Of a stretch of DNA of 33,261 bases, positions 9,307-18,858 are shown in pieces; within the stretch, counting starts at the first letter, position 1; each line of letters begins with the position of its first letter. The stretch is from the UHGV virus genome UHGV-0185745; one strand, 5' to 3'. The notes beneath the pieces are model-generated. The model was not told the DNA's origin. It searched no databases and saw only the letters and a list, made by a program, of their open reading frames with translations. The translations under genes and the position numbers were made by a program. This DNA comes from a virus.

Positions 9307-9772
9307 ACCATTTATTACATGGCGCATATGAAATGCAATATATCATTGTCATGAGTTGCATTTCAAACATATGCCCCAACATCAATGCTAAATCCGTGAT
9401 TAAAATTAATAAACTCCTGGTTTTTGCAAATAATTTCTTGCCCTAATAGTTTGGAAATACCTCTTTTAAATTTATAGTGAATAATATTACGCCCATTTAG
9501 TTCTCTCTTTGCAGAACTGAACATGTCGGGAGCTACTGTGTGGAGAAACACTGAAACGATCGTTAGTGAATATTTGCACACTGGTGATAGTACTAAACAG
9601 CCCTTTGGTCATGTCCGAAAAATAGTGACTCGTACAACATGATCGATGTGATAGCATTTATGACAGTGAAACATAACAATCACCTTTGAACATTTTCCAT
9701 ACGTGCATTATACCTATTAAATCTAAACAAAACAAATAGATATAAAATATTCATCCGCGTATCTTCATGCTC

Positions 9773-9975
9773 TCATATACCACATACGGGAGCCTTAACA
9801 TCAAGTACTAAGCACGTCGTGAAGCTGTTTCCGTTAAGACGACTTTGCACTACTTGACTGATTAGCCATGCCTGCTTGTCTATCACACATTTAAAGTTTT
9901 TCATCGCTAACGTAGTTAGTCCATTCCCTTGAATGGCGTTTTACCAGTCTATATATGACAAATATCGTACTTTTT
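9773..9975 (-). pseudogene. Decayed 3' fragment of a gpD-like tail gene (last ~40 codons intact as a 43-codon ORF 9773..9904; upstream part frameshifted/stop-interrupted)
   Basis: Minus-strand translation MKNFKCVIDKQAWLISQVVQSRLNGNSFTTCLVLDVKAPVCGI aligns without gaps to the gpD C-terminus in this window (GFKRVIDEQDWTITKVTHFLNNSGFTTSLELEVRLSDV...); DNA also matches (ACGTCGTGAAGC, CTGCT(T/C)GTCTAT, TTAAAG); upstream codons read TGKTPFKG vs gpD TETPVKVSGF in a shifted frame. Confidence 0.55.
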
Positions 9976-10310
9976 CCACATTCAGTCCAATTCATTCACC
10001 GCTCCCGATTCACCTACAACACCCTCTCAACGACGTTCTCTGTACCTGTAATACCGGCGCAAATTGCGTCGAAAATGTCGTTCTGCATCGCATAAACCTT
10101 CATCAGATTTGGCCTACAATGCAGCGAATAGTCTGAAATTAAAAACCGATGATGATGGACTGTACTGTTCATGCAAGTCTGGTCGCTCTGTGCCTCATCA
10201 AGGAATGAATAATGATCTTGGCGACGTCTACTCTTGGCACAGAGCGGACTGTCAGATTAGTTTTTACTCTGTTCCATAGATGAGTAATCTCACACCAGAT
10301 CTAATACAAT

Positions 10311-10889
10311 TTATTGCGGCATTTCCGGCCATTCTATATCCGGAGCATCTTCCGGCTGAACGCGATTCAGTAACACACGGTATTTTTTCCAGTGTGTCAG
10401 GCTTAACTTTTCTTCCTCGGTAGCCATATCTAAATCGACAGCATCCTGCAGCGTGGCAATGATTTCACCTGCATATGCAATCTGCTCTTTCTTCTGAGAC
10501 TCCGCCGCTCTGACAAGCGCATCACGCTCTGCATTCTCATCATTCACCCACGCATTTCCGTTCCATTTCTGATAATCCCCCTCCGGGGAAATGGCTGTCA
10601 CGTCTGGAGGTAATGCGCCAAGTTCAGAAATATAAATGGCTGCTCCCGTTTTCGTTTCGTAGACAGTCTTTCCGCGATGATCTTCCATCAACTCCCATTT
10701 CATTTCATCTGCATTGAAAACGGCAGCAAAACCCGCCGGAATATCAGGTGGTGCAATATCTGTACTGTTTGCAGGCAGGCCAGTATACGGCGGAATATAT
10801 GCATCACTTTCGCCAATAAACTCATTGGTTCCATCAAGTAAATTGAAAACGCGGATAGTTTGTGCTTCTGCACTCATTCTGAAAGCCAT
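10311..10889 (-). CDS. G: Tail fiber assembly protein G, 192 aa
   Basis: Immediately downstream of H with 1-nt stop/start overlap; tail-fiber chaperone position. Confidence 0.82.
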   Translation of the reverse strand: MAFRMSAEAQTIRVFNLLDGTNEFIGESDAYIPPYTGLPANSTDIAPPDIPAGFAAVFNADEMKWELMEDHRGKTVYETKTGAAIYISELGALPPDVTAISPEGDYQKWNGNAWVNDENAERDALVRAAESQKKEQIAYAGEIIATLQDAVDLDMATEEEKLSLTHWKKYRVLLNRVQPEDAPDIEWPEMPQ

Positions 10890-13507
10890 TATGCAAGCCT
10901 CACAATATAGTTAAATGCAATGTTTTTGACGGTGTTTTCGGTATTACCAGTAGCATTTACGGTAATGGAATGCCCGTGTGAGCCAATAGCAACAGTGTGT
11001 GAATGTGCACCAATACCAACAGTATGGTTATGTGCTCCAATGTCGACTGTATGTGCATGATTGCCTGATGAACTTGTAGTCGTAGCACCTTTATCACTTC
11101 GCGGAACACCATAATCTGCACCGCCTGATTGCACGCTCACAGCAAAACCGACGGTATGTGTATGATTGCCAGAAGTATTGGTTGATTTTGTGCCGTGGTT
11201 AAACGTACTGACTGTTTTTGTCCCGTAATCAAATGAACTGGTCGTTTTCGTTCCTAAGTCCGTACTTGACGCACTGGCGCTGTGAGTATGCGATTTAATC
11301 CCGTCCTGTTCCTGTGACAATACGGCACGCCCACTGGCGGGTTTGCCCTTGATTGTCCAGCCGCGCATATCAGGAATAACACCAGAAGGATAGGCAATAG
11401 CCAGTTTCGGATATGCAGCCTTATCAAACGTCTGCCCCTGCATGATCGCATAGCCTGCAGGTGGTGTATCTGATGGCCACGGCAGCGGAACACCTGGCGG
11501 AAACGCTTCAATATTTGCCGAGCCGTCAAATTTTACGCCGTTAATTGTCCTTGGCGTTTTCAGCTTTGTAGCTGTAGCCGCATTGCCGGACAGTTCGCCT
11601 GAAATACCGGCGCTGAAGGTTTGTTTCGCCGCCCATGTCTGAGCTTCGTCGATAATTGGCACACGTCTTGTCGTGATCGTGCGGCTTCCCGGATTTCCTG
11701 AAATACGCACCATAAAAAAGCGGTAATTCGCTTTACTTACAGTGCTGCGCCATACATGCATTGAGCGCCCCGTACCGGAATCATCACTCGGACCAACTGC
11801 GATGTTTATCAGGTTGCCATCAATGACGCCCCAGTCCATACCGTCGGGAATGTTGGTCATGTTATCAAGCCGCACGGTTATCAGACTGCCCGGCACAAAA
11901 TCGTAGGTCTGCCAGTCCAGACTGGATAGTTTTGCCACTGCGCCACCGATGCCCAGATTCAGAGGCAACGAAAAGGAGTTATATACTTCTCGCCATTCGG
12001 TCCATTTGCTCCCGGCGTAGACGCGCTCAAAAGTGCGTCCCTGTGTAGTTTCTGATTTCCCTGTGGTTGTGTAACGCTGCCAGACAGACACACCATCAAA
12101 ACGTCTGATTACTTCCAGTATCCCAAGTAGTGTCGCGCCAACGGTGTCCAGCATCGGACCGTTTGTTGCCTTTCCTGTAACACTGTAAATACCGGGGTCG
12201 GTTAGAACATTTAAATCACCTTCGTAATAACGACTCTCTGACTGATGACCGACTCTTAACCACGGTTCCCACTGCGGATTTGATGCATCCCAGCTTGCCG
12301 CAAGGCAGCGGACATACATATTTCCACGGCGAGTGGTATAACGTTGCGTTCTTCCATAATTTCCGCCTTCGAGGATCTCAAGCATCCCCTGAGCAAAGCC
12401 GCCTTCCTCTGGATAATTGCGTTCATATGAAGCTATAGCCGAGCTACTGTTACGCCATAAACCAAGATGTTCGGCGGCTCCAAGCGTATTCAGGTCTATA
12501 GTCGTACTCAAAGGGCGGGTAGCTGATTGAGTGTGACGCCATATGCCCCACGGACCATCAGAGCCATTCCACTTATTGGCGAGTCTGCGTATGTATACAT
12601 TGCCGTCTCTCGTGGTGAAGCGTTGCGTACCTGCAAAATTGCCGGCAGCAAAAACCTCAAGCACACCGACAGCATTATCTTCCGGGAAATTTTTCTCCAG
12701 TGTTGCGTTAGTTGAGGTAGCTTTAGACCAGATCCCCAGATAAGCCTTAACGGGACCAAATGTATTCAGATCAGCATCAAGCGGCATTTCGCCATTGTTT
12801 TTCATAAACGTCAGGCTGGTAACGCCAACATTGTCCAGAAAAGCACCCTTATCTGGAATATCGCCACCGTTCTGGTCTTTCTGCATACGTTTTTCAGCAT
12901 TGTCATAGGCTGCTTTTACTGCCTTTGGCGTCGCTGCCAGCTTTTCACTGGTGCTGTTTGTTGCACTGCTTAACTGAGTAAAACCTTTTTCTGTCAGCGT
13001 GGCGTCAGGATGGCGGCGGGACTGCTCATGCTCTGCGATTTTGTCATCGACGTAATCCTGCGTCGCCATCACTGTGCTGGCATCAATACTCAGCTCAACG
13101 GACGCCACATTGCTGAGAATAATAACCATGCGGCAGGTCTGCGCACGTCCGGAGCCTTCAGCCAGTTCTGGTTTATAGCTTTCTGCCATGTTGGATACCG
13201 CAATCAGTGTTCCGGCATCGTCATACAGACCAAGCTCACGCATCCAGAAGCCGCCCACTTCGGGCGGTACAACCAGTTCAGCCACGATATAGTTTTTATT
13301 CTTGTTATCCACGCTGACTTTATTCAGAGCGTGACGCCAGACCTCATGCACCAGTTTCGTCTGACCGGCATCCGGCACCGGCAATTTGCCATTACCGTCA
13401 CCCACGGCCATTGCAGACAGGGTTACTTTTTTCCCGCCTGGGACAGTGGCGGCTGCCAGCTTCGCGGCTCCGGCAGTAGTGATAACGGTTTTAAATTTCG
13501 TGCTCAT
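10889..13507 (-). CDS. H: Tail fiber protein H, 872 aa (mosaic; longer than P2 H)
   Basis: Large ORF after baseplate gene I with a Gly/Ala-rich N-terminus, three ~90-aa internal repeats and His-rich C-terminal HxH repeats typical of fiber tips. Confidence 0.88.
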   Translation of the reverse strand: MSTKFKTVITTAGAAKLAAATVPGGKKVTLSAMAVGDGNGKLPVPDAGQTKLVHEVWRHALNKVSVDNKNKNYIVAELVVPPEVGGFWMRELGLYDDAGTLIAVSNMAESYKPELAEGSGRAQTCRMVIILSNVASVELSIDASTVMATQDYVDDKIAEHEQSRRHPDATLTEKGFTQLSSATNSTSEKLAATPKAVKAAYDNAEKRMQKDQNGGDIPDKGAFLDNVGVTSLTFMKNNGEMPLDADLNTFGPVKAYLGIWSKATSTNATLEKNFPEDNAVGVLEVFAAGNFAGTQRFTTRDGNVYIRRLANKWNGSDGPWGIWRHTQSATRPLSTTIDLNTLGAAEHLGLWRNSSSAIASYERNYPEEGGFAQGMLEILEGGNYGRTQRYTTRRGNMYVRCLAASWDASNPQWEPWLRVGHQSESRYYEGDLNVLTDPGIYSVTGKATNGPMLDTVGATLLGILEVIRRFDGVSVWQRYTTTGKSETTQGRTFERVYAGSKWTEWREVYNSFSLPLNLGIGGAVAKLSSLDWQTYDFVPGSLITVRLDNMTNIPDGMDWGVIDGNLINIAVGPSDDSGTGRSMHVWRSTVSKANYRFFMVRISGNPGSRTITTRRVPIIDEAQTWAAKQTFSAGISGELSGNAATATKLKTPRTINGVKFDGSANIEAFPPGVPLPWPSDTPPAGYAIMQGQTFDKAAYPKLAIAYPSGVIPDMRGWTIKGKPASGRAVLSQEQDGIKSHTHSASASSTDLGTKTTSSFDYGTKTVSTFNHGTKSTNTSGNHTHTVGFAVSVQSGGADYGVPRSDKGATTTSSSGNHAHTVDIGAHNHTVGIGAHSHTVAIGSHGHSITVNATGNTENTVKNIAFNYIVRLA
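10958..11293 (-). repeat. His-rich short tandem repeats at H C-terminus (GxHxHTV[GD]IG units; GTKxxSxF units)
   Basis: Protein [42 protein letters not shown]; DNA shows ~21-bp repeated units near 10960-11060. Confidence 0.5.
11978..12775 (-). repeat. Three tandem ~90-aa coding repeats within H (DLNT[FL]G...LE[VI]...QR[FY]TT...[VY][IV]R...W)
   Basis: aa ~245-510 of H show three related units; coordinates approximate. Confidence 0.5.
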
Positions 13508-13517
13508 TGTTTCTCAC

Positions 13518-14048
13518 TTATCCGGGATAAACAGTAATAACGTCACCATCACAGACCACACCGCCTGTATACAAACAGCCGGGAATGTCCTGGATAATGT
13601 TCAGACCGATAAGGTGGCGACTTGCGGGTTTGGCATCGGCAATCAGCCGTTCCATTTCCAGATACATCTCCTCCGTGATGCCGCTTTCCAGTACGCCGAT
13701 ATCAAGGCGGAAGGTTCCGGGCGGGTCGTTTGTCTCCCACCATTCCTTTACGTTAATGAGATAGCCGAGCGGCTCCACCACACGCCGGATTGCACCTATA
13801 GTGCCTTTATGACAGTGGATGAAATAGGCATCGCGGATAACGGCGCGTTTTGTCGCTTCCGGCCACTTTTCATCCCACCTGTCGACCGAAAACGCCCACG
13901 CCAGCCACGGCAGCAGATTTGCCGGACAGGTGTCCGGGTTCCACAGCTCACGAATACTGACCGGCGTTTTTTCAATTTCCACACAGGCTTTTGCGGCGGC
14001 GACTTCAAGCGGTGATGAGCCGGTCGGCAGCAGTCGCGAATCACTCAT
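13518..14048 (-). CDS. I: Baseplate assembly protein I, 176 aa
   Basis: P2 synteny (J-I-H) and identical length. Confidence 0.88.
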   Translation of the reverse strand: MSDSRLLPTGSSPLEVAAAKACVEIEKTPVSIRELWNPDTCPANLLPWLAWAFSVDRWDEKWPEATKRAVIRDAYFIHCHKGTIGAIRRVVEPLGYLINVKEWWETNDPPGTFRLDIGVLESGITEEMYLEMERLIADAKPASRHLIGLNIIQDIPGCLYTGGVVCDGDVITVYPG

Positions 14049-14949
14049 CCGAGCCTCCGGTCACGACGCTGTATTCGGTACAGAAAGACGCCTGCGTGCT
14101 GTTAAGCACGATATCGGCCAGCGGTGCAGCCAGTTCGACACGCTGCACGCCTTCCACATGCAAAGCGGCATAAATGGCAGACAGACGGATGTCGCGCCCC
14201 AGCCGGTGCTGTGCCGTGATGTACGCTTCCAGTTTTTTCACGGCAGCAGCGCGGATGGGTTCGCTTTCGGGACCAGGGTAAAGGTAAAGCGTGGCGTTTA
14301 TCTGGTATTCAACGATGGCGGCAGACTGCACGGTCACGCGGTCGGCCACCGGCCTGACGTCCTCGCCATTAAGGGCGTTACGCACCACCGCCAGCAGGTC
14401 TTCGGATGCCACACCGTTATTTTCACGTGACAGCACAGAGATGGTGACACAGGCAGGAGACGGACTGGTGACAGAGATATCCGCGACACGCCCGTCGGCA
14501 CTGCGACCATGATACTGATAGGCTCCCACCGACCCGGCGACGCTTAAACCTTCAAACGCCTGCTGAATACGCAGACGATAATCGGTGTCAGACTCCATCA
14601 CTGCCGGTGTCGGCGGGATGGTCGAATCATCTGCCGGGGTGATAGTCAGGCGCGTGGTGTTGTAATTGGCACCAATCACATCAAGGTCATTACCGGCGGC
14701 ACAGGCCAGCATCACCGCCCGTGCGGCCTCATTCACACGCTGACGCCAGATAAGCTCACGATAAGCATTTTCCTCCAGCAGTTTGACGAGAGGCTCAGAT
14801 TCCAGCGTCAGGGTACGGGCGACCGCCTCCTGCTGGTCTTCCGGGTAAAGGGAAATCAGTGTCGCCTTGCGTTCGGCAAGAATGGTTTCAAAGTCCAGCT
14901 CCTCGACCACATCCGGTGCGGGTAGCTGGTTCAGGTCGATAATCGGCAT
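14041..14949 (-). CDS. J: Baseplate protein J (gp6-like), 302 aa
   Basis: P2 synteny W-J-I and identical length. Confidence 0.88.
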   Translation of the reverse strand: MPIIDLNQLPAPDVVEELDFETILAERKATLISLYPEDQQEAVARTLTLESEPLVKLLEENAYRELIWRQRVNEAARAVMLACAAGNDLDVIGANYNTTRLTITPADDSTIPPTPAVMESDTDYRLRIQQAFEGLSVAGSVGAYQYHGRSADGRVADISVTSPSPACVTISVLSRENNGVASEDLLAVVRNALNGEDVRPVADRVTVQSAAIVEYQINATLYLYPGPESEPIRAAAVKKLEAYITAQHRLGRDIRLSAIYAALHVEGVQRVELAAPLADIVLNSTQASFCTEYSVVTGGSDE

Positions 14950-14953
14950 GGTT

Positions 14954-15301
14954 TCAACTCACAGGGATGGTTAACGAAAGTGGCTGGCCGGTGTCGTTGT
15001 GCTGGCCGGTTAACGTAACTGTCATTCGCCCGTCAAAACTGCGCGCCGTAGTGACGGATGACAGGGTGACGCGGGGTTCCCATTTCAGCACCGCCATGTA
15101 ACAGGCGACCTTAATCTGCAACTCAAGCGCCGGAGTCTGCGGCTGGTCAATCATTGACGCCAGCAACGAGCCGTAATCACGACGCATCACCCGTGAGCCG
15201 ACCGGTGTGCGCAGGATATCGCCGATACTCTGGCCGATATGCTCAAGGTCAGTGACCGTCAGGCCATCACTGCGATTCATTCCGAGATAACGCGCTGTCA
15301 T
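14954..15301 (-). CDS. W: Baseplate wedge protein W (gp25-like), 115 aa
   Basis: P2 synteny and length; 4-nt overlap with V. Confidence 0.88.
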   Translation of the reverse strand: MTARYLGMNRSDGLTVTDLEHIGQSIGDILRTPVGSRVMRRDYGSLLASMIDQPQTPALELQIKVACYMAVLKWEPRVTLSSVTTARSFDGRMTVTLTGQHNDTGQPLSLTIPVS

Positions 15302-15933
15302 AAAGGACTCCCGGTTGTGCCGCCGCTGTCGCCGGGGTGTTTATGGGTATGCAGTACCTTACCGTTTGATGAGAGTTCACCGCCGGTGTGTTCAATGTTG
15401 CCGCGCATCATCCCGCCCTTCTGCACTTCCAGCGTGCCGGTAATCAGCCTGTTGGTGCAGACCACCTCCGGTGTGTCCAGGGTGACGCGGGTTGATGCTT
15501 TCACCATAACCACCGGCACCGTGGCAGTAACAGAATCAGAAGCCGTCACGCTGGCCGTTTTAATTCCGCTTACCGTGAGCGCACTGGTTTCAGGTTCATA
15601 CTCAATCACCGCCCCGTCAGGGAAACGGATATGCAGGGCATCCGCCGACGCAGACGGTGCGGGGTTATCGCCGGAATAAATCCCCGGCAGAACGAACGCC
15701 GTGTCGAGTTCACCGCCCACGGCCAGAATCAGCACCTGTTCCCCCACGGAAGGTGCCCACCATGTGCGCGAACGACCGGCGCGATGGGTCAGCCACTGAA
15801 GCCAGTCGGTGCACATGCCGCCGGTCTGCACTCGGCAGCGACCGGCGTTAAGGTCGGTTTCGACGATAATGCCGGGGCGTATCATGTTGCGCAGTGCGCG
15901 CGCGAGTTCCTGGATATTTGCGAGAGTGTTCAT
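15298..15933 (-). CDS. V: Baseplate spike protein V, 211 aa
   Basis: P2 synteny S-V-W and length. Confidence 0.88.
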   Translation of the reverse strand: MNTLANIQELARALRNMIRPGIIVETDLNAGRCRVQTGGMCTDWLQWLTHRAGRSRTWWAPSVGEQVLILAVGGELDTAFVLPGIYSGDNPAPSASADALHIRFPDGAVIEYEPETSALTVSGIKTASVTASDSVTATVPVVMVKASTRVTLDTPEVVCTNRLITGTLEVQKGGMMRGNIEHTGGELSSNGKVLHTHKHPGDSGGTTGSPL

Positions 15934-15999
15934 AACGGGAAGGATGCCGCCGGGTCATACCGGCGGCAATGTGACGATGAGGTGTCGGGAATGGCACAA

Positions 16000-16452
16000 C
16001 TAACGGTCGAGGTGAGCCAGGATAATCTCTTCAATCATCTGCACATCCTCACCGGTAAAGCCGAGCAGAGGGCGCGCCGGATAATCAATTTTCTTACCGT
16101 CTTTCCGGTTTTCTTCCGACAGACCGAACTGATGCACACTGGCGATTTTCGGTGACTTCCCGCCGTAAAACTCCATTGATGCCTGCTCCGGGCTGGCGCG
16201 GATATGCAAAAAACGACTGGTGATAAGTTTCGCAAACATTTTTCGCTTAACACGACCGGTCTTTTTTCTGGCGCTCTGCTGCTGGCGTGGCGCATAGGGT
16301 GTGCCATCCGGGGCTTTCTGTGCCATCACCCGACGCTGCTGACTCTGCCGCAGACGTTTCGCCAGTTCGGCGCTCAGTCGCCGACGCCCTGACGGTGACA
16401 GCGATTCAATCAGTCCGGCCAGCCGGTCTTCAAAACGCTTAAACTCATTCAT
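16000..16452 (-). CDS. S: Tail completion protein S, 150 aa
   Basis: P2 synteny R-S-V and length; 8-nt overlap with R. Confidence 0.85.
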   Translation of the reverse strand: MNEFKRFEDRLAGLIESLSPSGRRRLSAELAKRLRQSQQRRVMAQKAPDGTPYAPRQQQSARKKTGRVKRKMFAKLITSRFLHIRASPEQASMEFYGGKSPKIASVHQFGLSEENRKDGKKIDYPARPLLGFTGEDVQMIEEIILAHLDR

Positions 16453-16912
16453 CCCACTTGCTCACCAGTTCGCCATTGATATAAAGCTCCATCGGGCGGG
16501 TGACCGGCTCCGGCGGCGGAGGTTCCGGGATATTCTTCACATACAGCGCACCGTCAACCTCACTGACCAGCGTGCGCTCGGTCAGCATCAGGCTGATACT
16601 GATATCAAAGCTGCTGTCATTGTTGATGTCTGCATAAAATGTGAAGCCTTTTTTCTGGCCTTCGTCGGTGGTCATGATGTCGGGCTGATTTTCCCGCAGC
16701 CACGCCAGCACCGGCACGATGAGCAGGTCAAAATCACCGGTAAAGTCGGTCACAATCACATTGAGCGTGTAACGCTTTTCGAATGACAACGACGCAGCCA
16801 GTGTGGAGGCAATACTCCCGTTATCCACGAATATCCGCAGCATATCGGGGTTAGTTTTCAGCACCGTGACGGCATCAGTCAGCGCCCTGCGCAGGCTGTC
16901 GGGTTTGAGCAT
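16445..16912 (-). CDS. R: Tail completion protein R, 155 aa
   Basis: P2 synteny and length. Confidence 0.85.
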   Translation of the reverse strand: MLKPDSLRRALTDAVTVLKTNPDMLRIFVDNGSIASTLAASLSFEKRYTLNVIVTDFTGDFDLLIVPVLAWLRENQPDIMTTDEGQKKGFTFYADINNDSSFDISISLMLTERTLVSEVDGALYVKNIPEPPPPEPVTRPMELYINGELVSKWDE

Positions 16913-17165
16913 CGTTTTCGTCCTGACACTGTTTAATCATTTTTACCTGACTGGCACAACGTGCCAGCGCGTTCTCAAGCTGCCGGATATCGGCACTTAA
17001 ATCGCCGTTCGTCTGCGGCTCACTGCCCGGCATCGGGCAAAGGCTCACTTTCGGGCAGGCGTTGGCGACAATCACTGGCGTCGGTGCAGGCGGGGCGCTG
17101 GTGCAACCGGCGCACAGCATCAGGCAGGTCAGCGCCGTACCAGCGGCGAAAATCTTCGTTTTCAT
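16875..17165 (-). CDS. lysC: o-spanin LysC (outer-membrane lipoprotein), 96 aa, nested out-of-frame in lysB 3' end and extending past it
   Basis: Internal ATG (17165..17163) of track ORF 16875..17282 gives MKTKIFAAGTALTCLMLCAGC: signal peptide plus lipobox L-C-A-G-C. Confidence 0.72.
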   Translation of the reverse strand: MKTKIFAAGTALTCLMLCAGCTSAPPAPTPVIVANACPKVSLCPMPGSEPQTNGDLSADIRQLENALARCASQVKMIKQCQDENDAQTRQPAQGAD

Positions 17166-17445
17166 TGAGTAACCTCGTGATGGTTTTCTCGCGCTGTGCT
17201 TCACGCTTCGCGGCGTTCTCCAGTTCCTGACGCAGTGCCACCTGCGCCATCTCGTTTTTGTCTGCTCTGGTGAGGGCAACATGAAGCTGATTTTTCAGCA
17301 TGGTGATGGTCGTCTGCTGTTCACTGGCGACGTTATTCGCCCTGTCCAGCGAGGCGCGCAGGCTGTCATTTTTGTGTTTCACCAGAAACAGACCGGCCAC
17401 CGCCAGCGATAACAACACGACCAGCACAATCATCAGCTTTGACAT
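17020..17445 (-). CDS. lysB: i-spanin LysB, 141 aa
   Basis: N-terminal TMD (LMIVLVVLLSLAVAGLFLV) followed by coiled-coil region; P2 length. Confidence 0.8.
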   Translation of the reverse strand: MSKLMIVLVVLLSLAVAGLFLVKHKNDSLRASLDRANNVASEQQTTITMLKNQLHVALTRADKNEMAQVALRQELENAAKREAQREKTITRLLNENEDFRRWYGADLPDAVRRLHQRPACTDASDCRQRLPESEPLPDAGQ

Positions 17446-17858
17446 GGTTCCCGCCCCTCAAAACGCTGACGACAGGCCGTATGTATCAGCCGGAAAAACA
17501 GCGACGCCACGAGATAAATCAGCGCGGTAAAAATCCACCCGGCAGCAATCAGCGAGATAAACGTCGCCACCATCACCACCAGAGCCGCTGCCCGCCTGCG
17601 CCACGGCACCGGCTGCAAAAACAGCGACGTGACAATCTTCACGGCCAGCGATTCCGGCGGCAGCTCCCGCCCGTAGCGTTCAAGTACATACTCCGTGGCA
17701 TACACGCCGACACCACCGGCAACCACACAAATAACCGTCGCCAGAATCGCCCAGGCAGCGACAAAACTGACGGCTACGCTCTGCGGGTAAATCAGGGACA
17801 GTGCCAGCATCAGCGCCAGCGACACGTTCAGCATCAGTGAAAGGGATAATTTCTTCAT
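17433..17858 (-). CDS. lysA: LysA, multi-TMD lysis regulator (putative antiholin), 141 aa
   Basis: Four hydrophobic segments; position between K and lysB. Confidence 0.78.
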   Translation of the reverse strand: MKKLSLSLMLNVSLALMLALSLIYPQSVAVSFVAAWAILATVICVVAGGVGVYATEYVLERYGRELPPESLAVKIVTSLFLQPVPWRRRAAALVVMVATFISLIAAGWIFTALIYLVASLFFRLIHTACRQRFEGREPCQS

Positions 17859-17872
17859 GGTGTTTACTCCGT

Positions 17873-18370
17873 TTAAGCCGGTACGCCGCCAGCGGTACGC
17901 CAGACGGTGACCAGTTTTTCCAGTGAATGCTCACGCTGACCGTAACCGGCTCCCGGCAGGGACGCCCAGATATTGCGACAGCGTGAAATGGCGCGTTCAA
18001 TGCGTCCCGCCCGGATGTCATCCAGTGCACCGCGTTCGCGGATCAACTGAATGGCGAGCCTGTCCTGTGACAACGGACTGAAATCCGGCAGGGCAAGCTG
18101 TTTGCGGTAATGCGGCCAGAACAGGTAAAGCTGCTGATAGCGACCGGAGGCCGTGGATTTTTCACCGCGACGGTTAAACACCTTCGCCGGTCGGCCATGT
18201 GCGAACGGGTGGTCACTGTAGTCGGTGAAGATTTCCGGCCTCCCGTCCAGTCCGGTGACTATCACGTCATAGCCACGGTTTTTCGTCAGCGGATGATTCG
18301 CCGTCCCTTCGGACACGGCCAGCATGTCGAGAAAGGCGGCGATATTCTGGTGCGTGTTAATTACCGGCAT
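17873..18370 (-). CDS. K: Endolysin K (lysozyme-like), 165 aa
   Basis: Position between holin Y and lysA; LAVSEGT motif with catalytic-type Glu; P2 length. Confidence 0.85.
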   Translation of the reverse strand: MPVINTHQNIAAFLDMLAVSEGTANHPLTKNRGYDVIVTGLDGRPEIFTDYSDHPFAHGRPAKVFNRRGEKSTASGRYQQLYLFWPHYRKQLALPDFSPLSQDRLAIQLIRERGALDDIRAGRIERAISRCRNIWASLPGAGYGQREHSLEKLVTVWRTAGGVPA

Positions 18371-18651
18371 TACGGTTTCCCCCTGCCCTTAAAACGGCGC
18401 TGAATGGCAATCTCAATCACCTGATAACCGGCGATACCCAGCATGGAGCCGATGCCGCACACCGCAGGCAGTGACAGGTCAGGAAACTGCACCAGAACAA
18501 CACCGGCAACCATCGAGACAAAACCACCGAGCAACATGCGCCCGATAAACAGACGCGGGGTGATGGGTTCACCACCGGCAAGCACCTTGCCGACAACAAT
18601 CAGCACCCCAATCATGAAAAGCGACAGGACGCTTTTTTCTTCTGCTGTCAT
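18370..18651 (-). CDS. Y: Holin Y, 93 aa
   Basis: Small protein with hydrophobic TMDs and charged C-terminus directly upstream of the endolysin. Confidence 0.85.
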   Translation of the reverse strand: MTAEEKSVLSLFMIGVLIVVGKVLAGGEPITPRLFIGRMLLGGFVSMVAGVVLVQFPDLSLPAVCGIGSMLGIAGYQVIEIAIQRRFKGRGKP

Positions 18652-18654
18652 GCG

Positions 18655-18858
18655 TTACTCCCACAGATTGACAGTTTCAGCCACGGGCGCGGTCTGAACG
18701 TCGGGCAGTTCGACGGCGGTGCCGTGCGGCAGCACCGCACCCAGTTCAGCCAGTCCCGGATTTGCGGCGAGCACGGTCTCAACCACGCCCTCAGTGCGCC
18801 CGTAATACCGGACACAGATGGCGTCGAGCGTGTCGCCCTGTAGCGCAAAGGTCTTCAT
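18655..18858 (-). CDS. X: Tail protein X (LysM-like), 67 aa
   Basis: ATG at 18858..18856 (MKTFALQGDTLDAICVRYYG...); the track ORF is N-terminally extended; start overlaps L stop by 1 nt. Confidence 0.8.
   Translation of the reverse strand: MKTFALQGDTLDAICVRYYGRTEGVVETVLAANPGLAELGAVLPHGTAVELPDVQTAPVAETVNLWE

Noticed and set aside
9363-9581. 72-aa minus-strand ORF in the leader of the ATPase operon
   Set aside because: No RBS, lies in an AT-rich non-coding stretch next to the pseudogene fragment; more likely non-coding.
10181-10265. 11-bp inverted repeat CGCTCTGTGCC/GGCACAGAGCG as a terminator after G
   Set aside because: Loop of ~41 nt and no adjacent U-tract on either strand; not a canonical intrinsic terminator. 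It may be a protein-binding site, but I cannot support a call.
6604-10310. CRISPR array, retron, or tRNA gene in island 1
   Set aside because: No regularly spaced direct repeats, no reverse-transcriptase ORF, and no cloverleaf-compatible sequence recognised; the repeats present are few and irregular.
13010-14015. Plus-strand ORFs (175 and 209 aa) across the H/I region
   Set aside because: Antisense to tail fiber and baseplate genes; GC-rich open frames are expected by chance.
17680-18030. 116-aa minus-strand ORF overlapping lysA and K
   Set aside because: Alternate frame across two well-supported lysis genes; Cys/Arg-rich translation typical of a spurious frame.
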